The notes under the pieces were generated by a model, which worked only from the letters and a program-made list of their open reading frames with translations, was not told the origin of the DNA and did no database searches. 64,000 bases of DNA from Synechococcus sp. (GTDB lineage: Bacteria; Cyanobacteriota; Cyanobacteriia; PCC-6307; Cyanobiaceae), in contig JBJBCN010000003.1 in NCBI GenBank assembly GCA_047285805.1, positions 128,001 through 192,000 of the forward strand, read 5' to 3'. A program made the translations under genes and the position numbers. Shown in pieces: positions 39,201-51,296 of the stretch (position 1 is the first letter of the stretch; each line of letters starts with the position of its first letter).

Positions 39201-40823
39201 CACCAACTTCTCCCGCAAGGGATCAATCGGCGGGTTGGTGACCTGGGCGAAGCGCTGTTTGAAGTAGTCGTACAGCAGGTGGGGCTTATCGGAGAGCACC
39301 GCCAAGGGGATGTCATCACCCATGCAGTACGTGGGCTCCTTGGCCGCACCCGCCATGTCCTCGATAACCAGATCGAAGTCCTCAGCAGTGAAGCCGAAGG
39401 CGGTTTGCTGCTGCAGCAGTTCAAGATCCGCCAGCTGACGCTCCTGGGTCCAGGGCAGGGGGCCCAAGCTTCGGCGATGTTCCGCGAGCCACTGGACATA
39501 GGGATGACGGGACGCCACCTCCTGCTTCACATCCCAGTTGTGCAGCAGACGACCCTTCTCGAGGTCGACCGCCAACATCTGGCCAGGGCCGAGGCGCCCC
39601 TTCTCGATGATCTGGCATTCCTCGAGCTCCACCACGCCGGTCTCGGAACCCATCACCACAAAACCATCGCTGGTGATGCAGTAGCGGGCAGGGCGCAGAC
39701 CGTTGCGGTCCAGGGTCGCGCCAACGCTGCGGCCATCGGCAAAGACCAGCAGTGCCGGTCCGTCCCAGGGTTCCTGGGTGCAGGCCGAATACTCGTAGAA
39801 GGCGGTGACCTCGGGCTTATCGGCCAGGGCCGGCTGATCGCGGAAGGCCTCCGGCACCAGGGTGAGCAGGCTCTCGGTGATCGGGCGGCCGCTGCGAACC
39901 AGCAGCTCCAAGGTGGCGTCGAGGTTGGCGGAGTCGCTGAAGGCGGAATTCACGACCGGCTTGAGATCCGCGGCGGAATCGCCCCAGACCTCATCGAGAT
40001 TCGCTTCGGCCGCGCGGGCCCAGTTGAGGTTCCCGAGAAGAGTATTGATCTCGCCGTTGTGGCCGAGCAAACGCATCGGCTGGGCCAGCGGCCAGCGGGG
40101 AAGGGTGTTGGTGCTGAAGCGACGGTGATAGACCGCGAAGCTCACCGCAAAACGCTCATCGCTGAGGTCGCCATAGAACGCGGAAAGGACCTCAGAGCGA
40201 ACCATGCCCTTGTAGACAACGGTCCGTCCGCTCAGGGAGGCGAAGTAGAGGTCGCTTGGGACCTTGCCCCAGACGCTGCGAGCGCGGTCACCACAACGGC
40301 GGCGCAGGCGGAACAGCAGCGCCTCAAGGGCATCACCATCGCAGTCGGCGCTGAGCAACCACTGCTCAATCACCGGAGCGGTTCCGCGGGCCAGAGGGCC
40401 TAAAACGCTGGAATCGACGGGAACGGCGCGCCAACCCAGGCTGCGCAGTCCCAAGGCCTGGGCTTCCTCATCGCACAAGGCTTTGGCCTGATCGCGATTG
40501 CCGGCCTCGGCAGGCAAAAACACCATGCCCAAGCCGCGGGTGGCCGTGGACGCAGCTGCGGCCTCAGGCCAGACCGATTCGAGATACGACCAAGGGATGC
40601 CGCAAAGCACGCCGGCACCATCGCCGGAGTCACCGTCGCCGCCGCAGCCACCGCGGTGCTCCATGCAGTCCAGGCCGCGCAGGGCCTGCTTCAGCACCCA
40701 ATGGCTGGCCTCACCTTTGAGGTTCGCCAGAAAGCCAACGCCACAGGCGTCCTTTTCGCCAGCCACCTCGAACGGAGCGGGGCTGTCGCAATGGGGCCAA
40801 ACAGGACGAGAAGACAGCGGCAT
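36240..40823 (-). CDS. glsF: Ferredoxin-dependent glutamate synthase
   Basis: EKDACGVGF, HRRFSTNT, GGKSNSGEGGED, IKQIASGRFGV, CIMARVCHTNNC; 1527 aa. Confidence 0.97.
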   Translation of the reverse strand: MPLSSRPVWPHCDSPAPFEVAGEKDACGVGFLANLKGEASHWVLKQALRGLDCMEHRGGCGGDGDSGDGAGVLCGIPWSYLESVWPEAAAASTATRGLGMVFLPAEAGNRDQAKALCDEEAQALGLRSLGWRAVPVDSSVLGPLARGTAPVIEQWLLSADCDGDALEALLFRLRRRCGDRARSVWGKVPSDLYFASLSGRTVVYKGMVRSEVLSAFYGDLSDERFAVSFAVYHRRFSTNTLPRWPLAQPMRLLGHNGEINTLLGNLNWARAAEANLDEVWGDSAADLKPVVNSAFSDSANLDATLELLVRSGRPITESLLTLVPEAFRDQPALADKPEVTAFYEYSACTQEPWDGPALLVFADGRSVGATLDRNGLRPARYCITSDGFVVMGSETGVVELEECQIIEKGRLGPGQMLAVDLEKGRLLHNWDVKQEVASRHPYVQWLAEHRRSLGPLPWTQERQLADLELLQQQTAFGFTAEDFDLVIEDMAGAAKEPTYCMGDDIPLAVLSDKPHLLYDYFKQRFAQVTNPPIDPLREKLVMSLEMHLGRRGSPLKPEASAAAVLHLNSPILNEAELAATTQQGIASRTLSTLMPISGGPAGLQAVLSQLCNDAEAAVRNGSQILVLSDRGITATTSYIPPLLAVGAVHHHLLKQGLRLQTSLVVETAQCWSTHHLACLIGYGASAVCPWLTWETTRHWLAHPKTQKLIERGKLPALTPDQVQANVRKALEDGLRKILSKIGISLLASYHGAQIFEAIGVGADLIERAFKGTTSRVAGLSLEELASETLTFHAKAFPELNRTKLEFMGFVQYRTGGEYHLNSPEMTKALHAAIKQGPGYDHFSTYKTLVENRPVTALRDLLELQPAAMPLPLDQVESIESICERFCTGGMSLGALSREAHEVLAVAMNRIGGKSNSGEGGEDPARFNVLDDVNAEGLSATLPSIKGLRNGDTACSAIKQIASGRFGVTPEYLRSGKQLEIKVAQGAKPGEGGQLPGPKVDPYIAWLRNSKPGVALISPPPHHDIYSIEDLAQLIHDLHQVHPAAKVSVKLVAEIGIGTIAAGVAKANADVIQISGHDGGTGASPLSSIKHAGGPWELGLTEVHRALLENGLRDRVLLRADGGLKTGWDVVIAALLGAEEYGFGSIAMIAEGCIMARVCHTNNCPVGVATQKEALRKRFTGLPEQVVNFFLFVAEEVRQLMSVLGVARLDDLIGRSDLLKPRDVQLAKTKALDLSCLLDPIPQAADRAWLRHAEVAHGNGVILEDQLLADAELIATIENHGQLARTLPIINTDRSVCARLGGEIAARHGNSGFKGQLDLIYEGAAGQSFGAFTVQGMNVRLVGEANDYVGKGINGGRLTVVPPAGGNAPGSQVILGNTCLYGATGGELFALGRAGERFAVRNSGAKTVVEGAGDHCCEYMTGGVVVVLGSTGRNVGAGMTGGVTFVLDETGGLRDRVNPEIVEICALSTPEQEALLKPLLEAHVSATGSTKAATILADWSSWKLRFKVLVPPSEKANVGLAEREAVAA

Positions 40824-41046
40824 AGCCCAGCGACAACAGGTCTATCGGTAGTAGCGAAGCAGCCGGGTCGACGGCCTGGTCTGAAGGACTTCAGTCCCAC
40901 CGAACCAAATTGAAGACGACGAATCGCCCTAAACCTCGGTCCCGCTGCGAGCTTCTGAATCTAAAAGCTGGACCACCTGCAACTCAAGGAAGTGCTGGCG
41001 GACGGACGCCAGCTAGCTAGCGTTTCTAGACCCAACGGGCTGCTTA

Positions 41047-42801
41047 ATGGCTTTTGCGCCCGTTCTGGCAGCCCTCCATCCAGGGATTCCGCTTCTCCCG
41101 CCGCCGCCGCTTCCCGCCGAGGAAAGGCCGATTCGCCAAGCGGAAGGATCCCTGGTTCGATCCAACGGGCTGAGCCAACCGGCCCGCTGGCGCATCGAGC
41201 AAGGTGAACTCTGGCTCACCCTGGAATTTCTCGAACAGCAACTCGGGGTCCAGCACTCCAGCGGCGAGAGAGGCAGCCTGCAGCTGGAGTGGTTTGGCAC
41301 CGAGATCAGCCTTTCCTCCAGGCGGCAACAGTCCCTCGGGGATGAAGTGGCCGTTCCGGTCTCAGACCTGATGCGCCGGGTGGGCGTCCGCTTTGCGCCC
41401 TTTGGGAAAAAGGAACTGAGCCTGGAGCTGCCGGCCGGACCACTTCAGGCGGTCCGCGCCCGGAACAACGGCATTAGCGGCAAGCGGGTGGTCCTGGACC
41501 TGAGCGCCCCAGCCCTGGTGAGCAGCGACGATGGCGAACTGGCCATCAGCGCTGAGACCAACCGCGAGCAGCTGCAGCAACTGTCCCGACTGGGGCTGAA
41601 GCCTCGCCAGGAAAAGGGCTGGTTGCGGCTGACAGCAGAAGGGGAATACCTCACCCTGGGACGCCCCTGGCGCCTGGTGCTTGACCTACCGAGCGACTCC
41701 GCCCTCACCAGCCTCAATCGACCCAGCAGCAACACCCAGAACACAATGCTGGCGGCGCTGCAGCGCCAGGGATTGGTCCTCAATCGCAGGGTGGGGCGCA
41801 TCGGCAACCGCCAGGTCCTGATCAACAGCGTCCAGCTCGACCCCCGCCGGGTCCCCGTCGATCTCCGCCCCCTGAACCGCGCCAGCGGGATGAAGGGCCT
41901 GAGCAGCCTCAGTCAGCTGGCCCGCAACGAATCCGCCTTGATTGCAATCAATGGAGGGTTCTTCAACCGCGTCAACCGGCTTCCCTTGGGGGCGCTGAAG
42001 GACAACGGACAGTGGCTGTCCGGGCCGATCCTGAACCGGGGGGCCGTGGGCTGGGGCGATGGCGAGCTTCCGCAATTCGATCGCCTGAGGCTTCAGGAAA
42101 CCGTGGTCGATCAACGCCAACAACGCTGGGCACTGTCGAGCCTCAATAGCGGCTTCGTGCAGAAGGGGGTGGCGCGCTACACCGAAGCCTGGGGACCGCG
42201 CTATCAACCCTTGACCGGGAAAGAGCAGGGCTTCGTGGTCCGCGATGGCGTCATCCAACACCGCATCGAAGCCATTCCCCAACCCGGGGTGCCGCTGCGT
42301 GCCGGAGACATGCTCCTGGTAACGCGCGGCGGCATCAAGGCCGACTGGCAGCCGGGGGAGCGTCTGGTCGTCAGTAGCCGCTCAACGTCCGTGGTCGGCG
42401 ACAAGCCCTATGTTGTGGGCGGCGGGCCTCTGCTGTTGCGCTCGGGACTGGTGGCCCTCAATGGCCAGGCGGAAGGTTTCAGCCTGGGCTTCATCCGCCA
42501 GGGGGCGCCTCGCACCGTGATCGCGAGCGATGGACGGCAGCTCTGGCTGATCACCCTGCAAGGGGTGAACAACGCCGGACCGACCTTAATGGAGACCGCC
42601 TTGCTGCTGAAGCAAAATGGCCTAAAGGAGGCCCTGAACCTTGACGGCGGCAGCTCCACTGGCCTGGTCCTTGCGGACGTGCAGACCGTGAAAGGTCGCG
42701 GGATTGCCGGATCAGTCCATAACGGCATCGGTCTGATCCCCCGCGTCCCCATGCCGATGCAGAACCGCCCACCCGCACGGCTGGCCTCAAGCCCGCCCTG
42801 A
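41047..42801 (+). CDS. Phosphodiester glycosidase (NAGPA/DUF2233) family protein
   Basis: AINGGFFN, GGGPLLL, APRT, ALNLDGGSST. Confidence 0.88.
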   Translation: MAFAPVLAALHPGIPLLPPPPLPAEERPIRQAEGSLVRSNGLSQPARWRIEQGELWLTLEFLEQQLGVQHSSGERGSLQLEWFGTEISLSSRRQQSLGDEVAVPVSDLMRRVGVRFAPFGKKELSLELPAGPLQAVRARNNGISGKRVVLDLSAPALVSSDDGELAISAETNREQLQQLSRLGLKPRQEKGWLRLTAEGEYLTLGRPWRLVLDLPSDSALTSLNRPSSNTQNTMLAALQRQGLVLNRRVGRIGNRQVLINSVQLDPRRVPVDLRPLNRASGMKGLSSLSQLARNESALIAINGGFFNRVNRLPLGALKDNGQWLSGPILNRGAVGWGDGELPQFDRLRLQETVVDQRQQRWALSSLNSGFVQKGVARYTEAWGPRYQPLTGKEQGFVVRDGVIQHRIEAIPQPGVPLRAGDMLLVTRGGIKADWQPGERLVVSSRSTSVVGDKPYVVGGGPLLLRSGLVALNGQAEGFSLGFIRQGAPRTVIASDGRQLWLITLQGVNNAGPTLMETALLLKQNGLKEALNLDGGSSTGLVLADVQTVKGRGIAGSVHNGIGLIPRVPMPMQNRPPARLASSPP

Positions 42802-42832
42802 CACACTGGGTAGACCCAGCCATTCATTTGCC

Positions 42833-43201
42833 ATGCCCAAGGGCCAAGGCATGCAACTCACCGCAGCGGCTGCCGCAGAGCTCGGCCGCCAAGCGGCCGT
42901 CGCCGGCACCCCGGGGATGATGCACCTTGACCTTGTGGATGGCACCTGCGAGCGCTGGGTGATTCGCATCCGTCCCGGCCGACTGGCAGGCGTTCCCGTG
43001 GCCCGTGCCGATGGGATCACGCTGTTTGCCCCCGGCGACCAGGGGGAGCTACTCAACACCCTCGAGCTCGACTATCGCGGAGATCTCAGCGGGGGCGGAT
43101 TCTTGATCCGCACCGGCCGTGACCACCGTGTCTGCGCTTGTGGTGCGGCCTTTGGCCCTGCTGACGAACCCTCTCCGGGTGGCAGCACCTCGACAAAGTA
43201 A
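42833..43201 (+). CDS. HesB/IscA-like protein
   Basis: LT..AA.EL, LDYRGDLSGGGF, CACGAAF. Confidence 0.75.
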   Translation: MPKGQGMQLTAAAAAELGRQAAVAGTPGMMHLDLVDGTCERWVIRIRPGRLAGVPVARADGITLFAPGDQGELLNTLELDYRGDLSGGGFLIRTGRDHRVCACGAAFGPADEPSPGGSTSTK

Positions 43202-43270
43202 TGTGGCGAATTGTCGAAACGGTCGGCTCTCCGACCTCGCTTCCGGCCCCTCGAAAACTCCCGGCCCTCG

Positions 43271-43645
43271 ATGCCCACGATTCAGCAGCTGATCCGCAGT
43301 GAGCGGACGCGCCTTACCCGCAAGACCAAGTCGCCCGCACTGCGCTCCTGCCCTGAGCGCCGTGGTGTCTGCACCCGCGTGTACACCTCAACTCCCAAGA
43401 AGCCGAACTCGGCTCTGCGGAAGGTGGCTCGTGTGCGCCTGACCTCCGGCTTCGAGGTGACCGCCTATATCCCCGGTATTGGCCACAACCTCCAGGAACA
43501 CTCCGTGGTGATGATCCGCGGCGGTCGTGTGAAGGACCTGCCTGGCGTCCGTTACCACATCATTCGCGGCACCCTGGACACCGCTGGCGTGAAGGACCGT
43601 CGTCAGTCCCGCTCCAAGTACGGCGCCAAAGCCCCCAAGGGTTGA
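43271..43645 (+). CDS. rpsL: 30S ribosomal protein S12
   Basis: [29 protein letters not shown]. Confidence 0.99.
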   Translation: MPTIQQLIRSERTRLTRKTKSPALRSCPERRGVCTRVYTSTPKKPNSALRKVARVRLTSGFEVTAYIPGIGHNLQEHSVVMIRGGRVKDLPGVRYHIIRGTLDTAGVKDRRQSRSKYGAKAPKG

Positions 43646-43686
43646 TCCCCTTCGTCGCTCGTTTCTGACTTCCTCCCCTTAGCTCT

Positions 43687-44157
43687 ATGTCACGCCGCAA
43701 CGCCGCTGAGAAGCGCCCGATTCTCCCCGATCCTCAGTTCAACAGCCGTCTTGCAACCATGATGGTTGCTCGGCTCATGAAGCACGGCAAGAAGTCCACC
43801 GCCCAGCGGATTCTTTCTGACGCCTTCACGCTGATCAACGAGCGGACCGGCAGCGACGCCCTCGAGCTGTTCGAGACCGCAGTGAAGAACGCCACTCCCC
43901 TCGTGGAAGTGCGCGCTCGTCGTGTTGGTGGCGCCACTTATCAGGTCCCCATGGAAGTGCGTCAGGAGCGCGGCACCGCGATGGCCCTGCGTTGGCTGGT
44001 GAACTTCTCCCGCTCCCGCAACGGCCGCAGCATGGCCCAGAAGCTGGCCGGTGAACTGATGGATGCCGCCAACGAAGCTGGCAGCGCCGTCCGCAAGCGC
44101 GAAGAGACCCACAAGATGGCCGAAGCCAACAAGGCCTTCGCCCACTACCGCTACTAA
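43687..44157 (+). CDS. rpsG: 30S ribosomal protein S7
   Basis: [24 protein letters not shown]. Confidence 0.99.
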   Translation: MSRRNAAEKRPILPDPQFNSRLATMMVARLMKHGKKSTAQRILSDAFTLINERTGSDALELFETAVKNATPLVEVRARRVGGATYQVPMEVRQERGTAMALRWLVNFSRSRNGRSMAQKLAGELMDAANEAGSAVRKREETHKMAEANKAFAHYRY

Positions 44158-44267
44158 GCCTCACCGGCAGGGCCGCGAGCGGTCCTGCTGCATCTCGGGT
44201 CGGGTGAGACCGACTTGTAGAGTGACGCCCGCTTTTTTGTCGATCCCACCCTCCGGAGACCTGCCCC

Positions 44268-46343
44268 GTGGCTCGCGCTATTCCCCTGGAACGCGTCAGG
44301 AATATTGGTATTGCGGCACACATTGATGCCGGTAAAACCACCACCACCGAACGAATCCTGTTCTATTCAGGTGTGGTGCACAAGATCGGTGAGGTGCATG
44401 ACGGCGCCGCCGTTACTGACTGGATGGCCCAGGAGCGCGAGCGGGGCATCACCATCACCGCTGCTGCGATTTCCACGAGCTGGAAAGACCACCGGATCAA
44501 CATCATTGATACCCCTGGTCACGTGGACTTCACCATCGAGGTGGAGCGTTCCATGCGGGTGCTGGACGGCGTGATCGCCGTTTTCTGCGCCGTGGGTGGT
44601 GTTCAGCCCCAGTCGGAAACCGTCTGGCGCCAAGCGGATCGCTACAGCGTTCCCCGCATGGTGTTCGTCAACAAGATGGACCGCACCGGCGCTGACTTCT
44701 TGAAGGTTCACAGTCAGATCAAAGATCGCCTCAAGGCCAACGCTGTTCCCATCCAGCTGCCGATCGGTGCTGAAGGTGAACTGAGCGGCATCATCGATCT
44801 CGTTAAGAACCGCGCGTTCATCTACAAGGACGACCTTGGCAAGGACATTGAAGAAGCCGATGTGCCCGCCGAGATGAAGGATCTCGTCGACGAGTGGCGG
44901 GCCACTCTGATGGAGACCGTCGCTGAAACCGATGAGGCTCTGATCGAGAAATTCCTCGAAGAGGGTGAACTGTCTGAGGCTGAACTGGCCAAGGGCATCC
45001 GTGAAGGTGTGCTGAAGCACGGCCTGGTGCCTGTGATGTGCGGCTCCGCCTTCAAGAACAAGGGTGTTCAGCTGCTGCTAGACGCCGTCGTCGACTATCT
45101 GCCCGCTCCCGTGGACGTGCCCCCGATCCAGGGCGTCCTCCCCAACGGCGACGAAGCTGTTCGCCCCTCCGACGACAACGCTCCCTTCAGCGCCCTGGCT
45201 TTCAAGGTCATGGCCGATCCCTTCGGCAAGCTGACCTTCATCCGGATGTACTCCGGCGTGCTCCAGAAGGGCAGCTACATCCTGAACTCCACCAAGGACA
45301 AGAAAGAACGCATCTCCCGTCTGATCGTGCTCAAAGCCGACGACCGCGAGGAAGTCGACGAGTTGCGCGCGGGTGACCTCGGCGCTGTTTTGGGCCTCAA
45401 GAACACCACCACCGGTGACACCCTCTGTGTCGATTCCGATCCAATCATTCTGGAATCGCTCTACATCCCCGAGCCTGTGATCTCGGTGGCAGTGGAACCC
45501 AAGACCAAGGGCGACATGGAGAAACTCTCCAAGGCCCTGCAGTCCCTGTCTGAGGAAGACCCCACCTTCCGGGTCTCTACCGATCCGGAGACCAGCCAGA
45601 CCGTGATCGCCGGCATGGGCGAACTCCACCTGGAAATCCTGGTGGACCGCATGCTTCGCGAATTCAAGGTCGAAGCCAACATCGGTGCGCCTCAGGTGTC
45701 CTACCGTGAAACCATTCGCGCGAGCGCCAAGGGCGAGGGCAAATTTGCCCGCCAAACCGGTGGTAAGGGCCAATACGGCCACGTGGTGATCGAAATGGAG
45801 CCCGGCGAGCAGGGCACCGGGTTCGAATTCGTCAACAAGATTGTTGGCGGTGCCGTTCCCAAGGAATACATCGGTCCGGCCGAGGCCGGTATGAAGGAAA
45901 CCTGCCAGTCCGGTGTGATTGCCGGTTTCCCGCTGATCGATGTCAAGGTCACCATGGTCGACGGGTCGTACCATGACGTGGACTCGTCGGAGATGGCGTT
46001 CAAAATCGCCGGCTCCATGGCCTTCAAAGACGGCGTCAAGAAGTGCAATCCTGTACTTCTTGAGCCCATGATGAAGGTCGAAGTTGAGGTTCCTGAGGAC
46101 TTCCTCGGAAGCGTCATCGGTGACCTCTCATCGCGCCGCGGTCAGGTTGAAGGACAGTCCATCGATGATGGTCAGTCCAAGGTCCAGTCCAAGGTGCCCC
46201 TGGCCGAGATGTTCGGCTACGCCACCCAGCTCCGATCCATGACCCAGGGTCGGGGTATCTTCTCGATGGAATTCAGCCATTACGAGGAAGTTCCTCGCAA
46301 TGTGGCAGAAGCCATCATCTCCAAGAATCAGGGCAATTCCTGA
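44268..46343 (+). CDS. fusA: Elongation factor G
   Basis: [24 protein letters not shown]. Confidence 0.99.
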   Translation: MARAIPLERVRNIGIAAHIDAGKTTTTERILFYSGVVHKIGEVHDGAAVTDWMAQERERGITITAAAISTSWKDHRINIIDTPGHVDFTIEVERSMRVLDGVIAVFCAVGGVQPQSETVWRQADRYSVPRMVFVNKMDRTGADFLKVHSQIKDRLKANAVPIQLPIGAEGELSGIIDLVKNRAFIYKDDLGKDIEEADVPAEMKDLVDEWRATLMETVAETDEALIEKFLEEGELSEAELAKGIREGVLKHGLVPVMCGSAFKNKGVQLLLDAVVDYLPAPVDVPPIQGVLPNGDEAVRPSDDNAPFSALAFKVMADPFGKLTFIRMYSGVLQKGSYILNSTKDKKERISRLIVLKADDREEVDELRAGDLGAVLGLKNTTTGDTLCVDSDPIILESLYIPEPVISVAVEPKTKGDMEKLSKALQSLSEEDPTFRVSTDPETSQTVIAGMGELHLEILVDRMLREFKVEANIGAPQVSYRETIRASAKGEGKFARQTGGKGQYGHVVIEMEPGEQGTGFEFVNKIVGGAVPKEYIGPAEAGMKETCQSGVIAGFPLIDVKVTMVDGSYHDVDSSEMAFKIAGSMAFKDGVKKCNPVLLEPMMKVEVEVPEDFLGSVIGDLSSRRGQVEGQSIDDGQSKVQSKVPLAEMFGYATQLRSMTQGRGIFSMEFSHYEEVPRNVAEAIISKNQGNS

Positions 46344-46382
46344 TCTTTTTCCTACCCATTCACCCCCCGATTCTTTTTAATC

Positions 46383-47582
<1,200 letters not shown>

Positions 47583-47777
47583 TCCTGCCGATCCGGCCTC
47601 AGCCGTGATCTAGGGTTGAGGGGTGGAGCTCGTCTCTACCCCTCTCTCATGCACCTCGACAATCCAGCTGCTTTGGGTTTGTTCCGGTTCCCCGGCACCC
47701 AGCGCTTCCCTTCCTGCGCCTTCTTCCTTCAAGGATCAAGCCAGAACCGTTGAACGCTTAACGACGTCAGACACTCC

Positions 47778-48098
47778 ATGTCCACCGCTATTGCCCAGCA
47801 GAAGATCCGCATCCGCCTGAAGGCGTTTGATCGCCGGATGCTGGATCTGTCCTGCGAAAAAATCATCGAAACGGCTGATCACACCGCTGCAACTGCGATC
47901 GGTCCGATTCCCCTGCCCACCAAGCGCAAGATCTATTGCGTGCTGCGCTCGCCCCACGTGGATAAGGACTCCCGTGAACACTTCGAGACCCGCACCCACC
48001 GCCGGATTATCGATATCTACAGCCCCTCGGCCAAGACCATCGACGCGCTGATGAAGCTGGACCTGCCCAGCGGAGTTGACATCGAAGTCAAGCTCTAA
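47778..48098 (+). CDS. rpsJ: 30S ribosomal protein S10
   Basis: [31 protein letters not shown]. Confidence 0.99.
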   Translation: MSTAIAQQKIRIRLKAFDRRMLDLSCEKIIETADHTAATAIGPIPLPTKRKIYCVLRSPHVDKDSREHFETRTHRRIIDIYSPSAKTIDALMKLDLPSGVDIEVKL

Positions 48099-48124
48099 TT
48101 CCTAGCCACCGCAGCTGGATCTCC

Positions 48125-48151
48125 AAAACCCGCCCCAGGGCGGGTTTTTTT
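48125..48151 (+). terminator. Rho-independent terminator after rpsJ
   Basis: AAAACCCGCCC-ca-GGGCGGGTTTTTTT. Confidence 0.85.
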
Positions 48152-48223
48152 GTGTGTTCGAACCACACGAAGCCGAAACACCTCTGCCTAGGATTCGCCC
48201 TCCATAGGCACAGGTGCAACAAC

Positions 48224-48895
48224 GTGACGCAACTGGCCGTGAGAGAGCTGCCGCTATTCCCGCTGCCGGATGTGGTGCTCTTCCCCCAGGAAGTGCTGCC
48301 GTTGCACATCTTTGAGCCGAGGTACCGGATGATGCTGCGCACGGTCCTTGAAAGCGACCGGCGCTTTGGCGTGGTCCGCTGGGACCCCCAAGAAGGCACG
48401 ATGGCCAGCGTGGGCTGTTGCGCGGAAATCCTGCAGTGCCAGACGCAAGAAGACGACCGCAGCTACATCGTCACCATGGGGCAGCAACGCTTCAGGCTGC
48501 TGGAAGTGGTGCGCGAAGCCCCATTCAAGGTCGGTCTGGTCAGTTGGATTGAAGACGAGAAACCCGAAGACCACAGCCAACTTAAAGAGCTCTCAGGCGA
48601 AGTCAGTTGTGCCCTCAAGGATGTGGTGGAGCTGACCGGCAAGCTGATGGGCAAGACCACGAGCCTGCCGAGCGACCTGCCCGATCTCCCGCGGGAGCTC
48701 TCATATTGGATTGGCTCGCATCTGGGGGGTCCCGTTGCGGATCAACAGCAGGCCCTGCTGGAAATCACCAACACCGAAGAACGACTGCGTCAAGAGTTCG
48801 AGCTGCTGGATGAGACACGCCGCCAGCTAGCCGCCCGAACCGTCCTGGAGTCGACCCTACGGGACCTGAAGACGAGCGAGAGCGAGGAAGACTGA
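48224..48895 (+). CDS. LON peptidase N-terminal (substrate-binding) domain protein
   Basis: ELPLFPL, LPLHIFEPRYRMM; GTG start at 48224. Confidence 0.92.
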   Translation: MTQLAVRELPLFPLPDVVLFPQEVLPLHIFEPRYRMMLRTVLESDRRFGVVRWDPQEGTMASVGCCAEILQCQTQEDDRSYIVTMGQQRFRLLEVVREAPFKVGLVSWIEDEKPEDHSQLKELSGEVSCALKDVVELTGKLMGKTTSLPSDLPDLPRELSYWIGSHLGGPVADQQQALLEITNTEERLRQEFELLDETRRQLAARTVLESTLRDLKTSESEED

Positions 48896-48896
48896 G

Positions 48897-49883
48897 ATGA
48901 CCCCCACCGCCGTTTTGGCGCTGCTCACCCCCTGGGCGAGCGGCCTGATGCTGACCGTCGCGGTTACGGCCGTCCTGCTCTTGATTGGCCTGGCAATTTG
49001 GTCCTCGCGAGACCGCGCCTTCGAGAGCACCGCCAGCGTGGCGGAGGCCTATGACCGCTGGACCGATGACCAGCTGCTGGAGCGGCTTTGGGGCGATCAC
49101 GTACACCTCGGCCACTACGGCTCTCCGCCGCAATCCCGGGATTTCCGAGCTGCCAAAGCGGACTTCGTCCATGAGCTGGTGCGCTGGAGTGGACTGGACC
49201 AACTTGCCCCCGGCAGCAGCGTTCTGGATGTGGGCTGCGGCATCGGTGGCAGTGCCCGGATCCTGGCCCGCGACTACGGCCTGAATGTGCTCGGCATCAG
49301 CATCAGTCCAGGACAAATCCATCGGGCCCAGCAGCTCACACCCGAGGGCCTGAGCTGCCGCTTCGCGGTGATGAATGCTCTGGATCTACAGCTCGAGGAC
49401 ACCAGTTTTGATGCAGTCTGGAGCGTGGAAGCGGGCCCCCACATGCCCAACAAGCAGCGCTATGCCGATGAACTGCTAAGGGTGCTCAAACCCGGCGGCC
49501 TTCTGGCCGTGGCCGACTGGAACCGCCGCGATCCCGAAGTCAAACCCCTGAACCGCAAGGAGCGCTGGGTGATGCACCAACTCCTCGTGCAGTGGGCCCA
49601 CCCTGAATTCGCCAGCATCCCGGGATTTCGCCGCAACCTCGAGCAGAGCCGCTGGAGCAGTGGCGCCCTCGTGGAAACCGCGGATTGGAGCCGCGAGACC
49701 CTGCCCTCCTGGATCGAATCAATCCTCGAAGGCATCCGACGGCCCGGTGCGATGATGGGCCTCGGCCCTAAAGCCGTCTTGATGGGCCTGCGCGAGTCCC
49801 CCACCCTGATACTGATGCACTGGGGCTTCGCCACCGGAATGATGCATTTCGGCGTCTTCCGAACCCGCAAACCGATGGCCTAG
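48897..49883 (+). CDS. SAM-dependent methyltransferase, MPBQ/tocopherol-methyltransferase-like
   Basis: WGDHVHLGHY, VLDVGCGIGGS, FDAVWSVEAGPHMP; N-terminal TM segment. Confidence 0.85.
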   Translation: MTPTAVLALLTPWASGLMLTVAVTAVLLLIGLAIWSSRDRAFESTASVAEAYDRWTDDQLLERLWGDHVHLGHYGSPPQSRDFRAAKADFVHELVRWSGLDQLAPGSSVLDVGCGIGGSARILARDYGLNVLGISISPGQIHRAQQLTPEGLSCRFAVMNALDLQLEDTSFDAVWSVEAGPHMPNKQRYADELLRVLKPGGLLAVADWNRRDPEVKPLNRKERWVMHQLLVQWAHPEFASIPGFRRNLEQSRWSSGALVETADWSRETLPSWIESILEGIRRPGAMMGLGPKAVLMGLRESPTLILMHWGFATGMMHFGVFRTRKPMA

Positions 49884-50704
49884 AGCAGAGTCATCGGGTA
49901 GGCGCCAAAGACCGCCAAGTGCTCGCAGAGGGGCTTAAGTTCCTCCATGGCCTGCTGCAGGGACTCCGCTCCTTCAGGAAGCTCCAGGTCCACAAAAAAG
50001 ATGTATTCGCCCATTTCCCGTTTAGAGGGGCGGGACTCGATGCGGCTCATGTTCAAGCCGCGGTGGGCAAAACAAGCCAGGGCCTTGAGCAGGGCACCGG
50101 GCTCGTTGGCATGCAGAGAGAAGGCCAAGCTGGCCAGCTCCCCTTGCCAATTGCGCTCCCCTTGGCGGAGCAGCAAAAAGCGGGTGCAGTTGCCCGGCAC
50201 ATCGTTGATCGGATAGGCCAGCTCCTCAAGCCCGTGCTCCTTGGCGGCCTGCTGGGAGGCGATGGCCGCGCGGAAATGACTGCCGGCCACCATCCGAGCC
50301 GCCTCGGCGGTCGAGCTAGTAGGTAGCTGCAGGGCATTGGGCAGGTTGTTGCTCAGCCAGAGGCTGCACTGCGCCAGAGCTTGCGGGTGGGAGAGCACTT
50401 CACTGACCCCCTCGACACTGCCACTCCCGACTAGGGCGTGGCGAATCGGCAGCACCACCGCCCGCGCAATCTTCAGCTCAGGGTGCTCCCAAAGGGCATC
50501 CAAACAAGCGGTGACCCCGCCTTCCACGGAGTTCTCGACGGGAACCACCGCCGCCTCCACCCGGACGGCCGCCAGGGCCTGGATCACCGCGCGGATACCC
50601 CTCTGAGGCAGCAGTTCAGGCGCCTCCCACTGCTCGAGCTTCGCGAAGGCCTGGGCCGCCTGCTCCCCATAGGTGCCCACCGGACCAAGAAAAGCAATGC
50701 GCAT
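49880..50704 (-). CDS. pheA: Prephenate dehydratase
   Basis: AFLGP.GTY, VPVENSVEG, SHPQALAQC, NCTRF, SRIESRP. Confidence 0.96.
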   Translation of the reverse strand: MRIAFLGPVGTYGEQAAQAFAKLEQWEAPELLPQRGIRAVIQALAAVRVEAAVVPVENSVEGGVTACLDALWEHPELKIARAVVLPIRHALVGSGSVEGVSEVLSHPQALAQCSLWLSNNLPNALQLPTSSTAEAARMVAGSHFRAAIASQQAAKEHGLEELAYPINDVPGNCTRFLLLRQGERNWQGELASLAFSLHANEPGALLKALACFAHRGLNMSRIESRPSKREMGEYIFFVDLELPEGAESLQQAMEELKPLCEHLAVFGAYPMTLL

Positions 50705-50756
50705 GGGGCTGATCGGGCCGTGCTCGATAGGATCATGGCGCCCCGGCCGCCCTTTG

Positions 50757-51296
50757 ATGCCCCTGGCCTTCAGTGCCAGTCAAGCGTTGCAGTTGCCGGT
50801 GCAGCAGAACGCCGATCGTTTGGGTGCCTACCTAGACGACGAAGAGCAGGTCATTGAGGCCCTGCTCGAAGCCCAGCAGCTCAAAATGATCGCGAGTGGG
50901 CGCTACCGCTACACCGTGACCAAACTGCAGGTCTTTCAGCTGCAGATCCAACCCGTGGTGGACCTCGTGGCCCGCCGCAGCCCCAACCGCATCGAACTAG
51001 AAGCCATCGACTGCCAGCTGGAAGGTCTCGGGGTCGTCGATGATTTCCAGCTGAGCCTGACCTCCTGGCTGGAGGCCCGTGACGGTACCTTGGTGGGCGA
51101 GGCCAGCCTGGCGGTGAGCGTCAGTCAACCCAGCCTGCTGAAACTGATCCCACGCAAGGTGCTTGAGGGCACAGGCAGGTCCCTGCTTGCGGGCATCCTG
51201 CTGGGCATCAAAACCCGGGTGGGTCAGCAGTTGATCAGCGATTTCCAGCGATGGTGTGCCCAGCACGCGATCAACCCGGCTGGCGCCAAGACCTAG
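50757..51296 (+). CDS. DUF1997-family protein
   Basis: [32 protein letters not shown]. Confidence 0.8.
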   Translation: MPLAFSASQALQLPVQQNADRLGAYLDDEEQVIEALLEAQQLKMIASGRYRYTVTKLQVFQLQIQPVVDLVARRSPNRIELEAIDCQLEGLGVVDDFQLSLTSWLEARDGTLVGEASLAVSVSQPSLLKLIPRKVLEGTGRSLLAGILLGIKTRVGQQLISDFQRWCAQHAINPAGAKT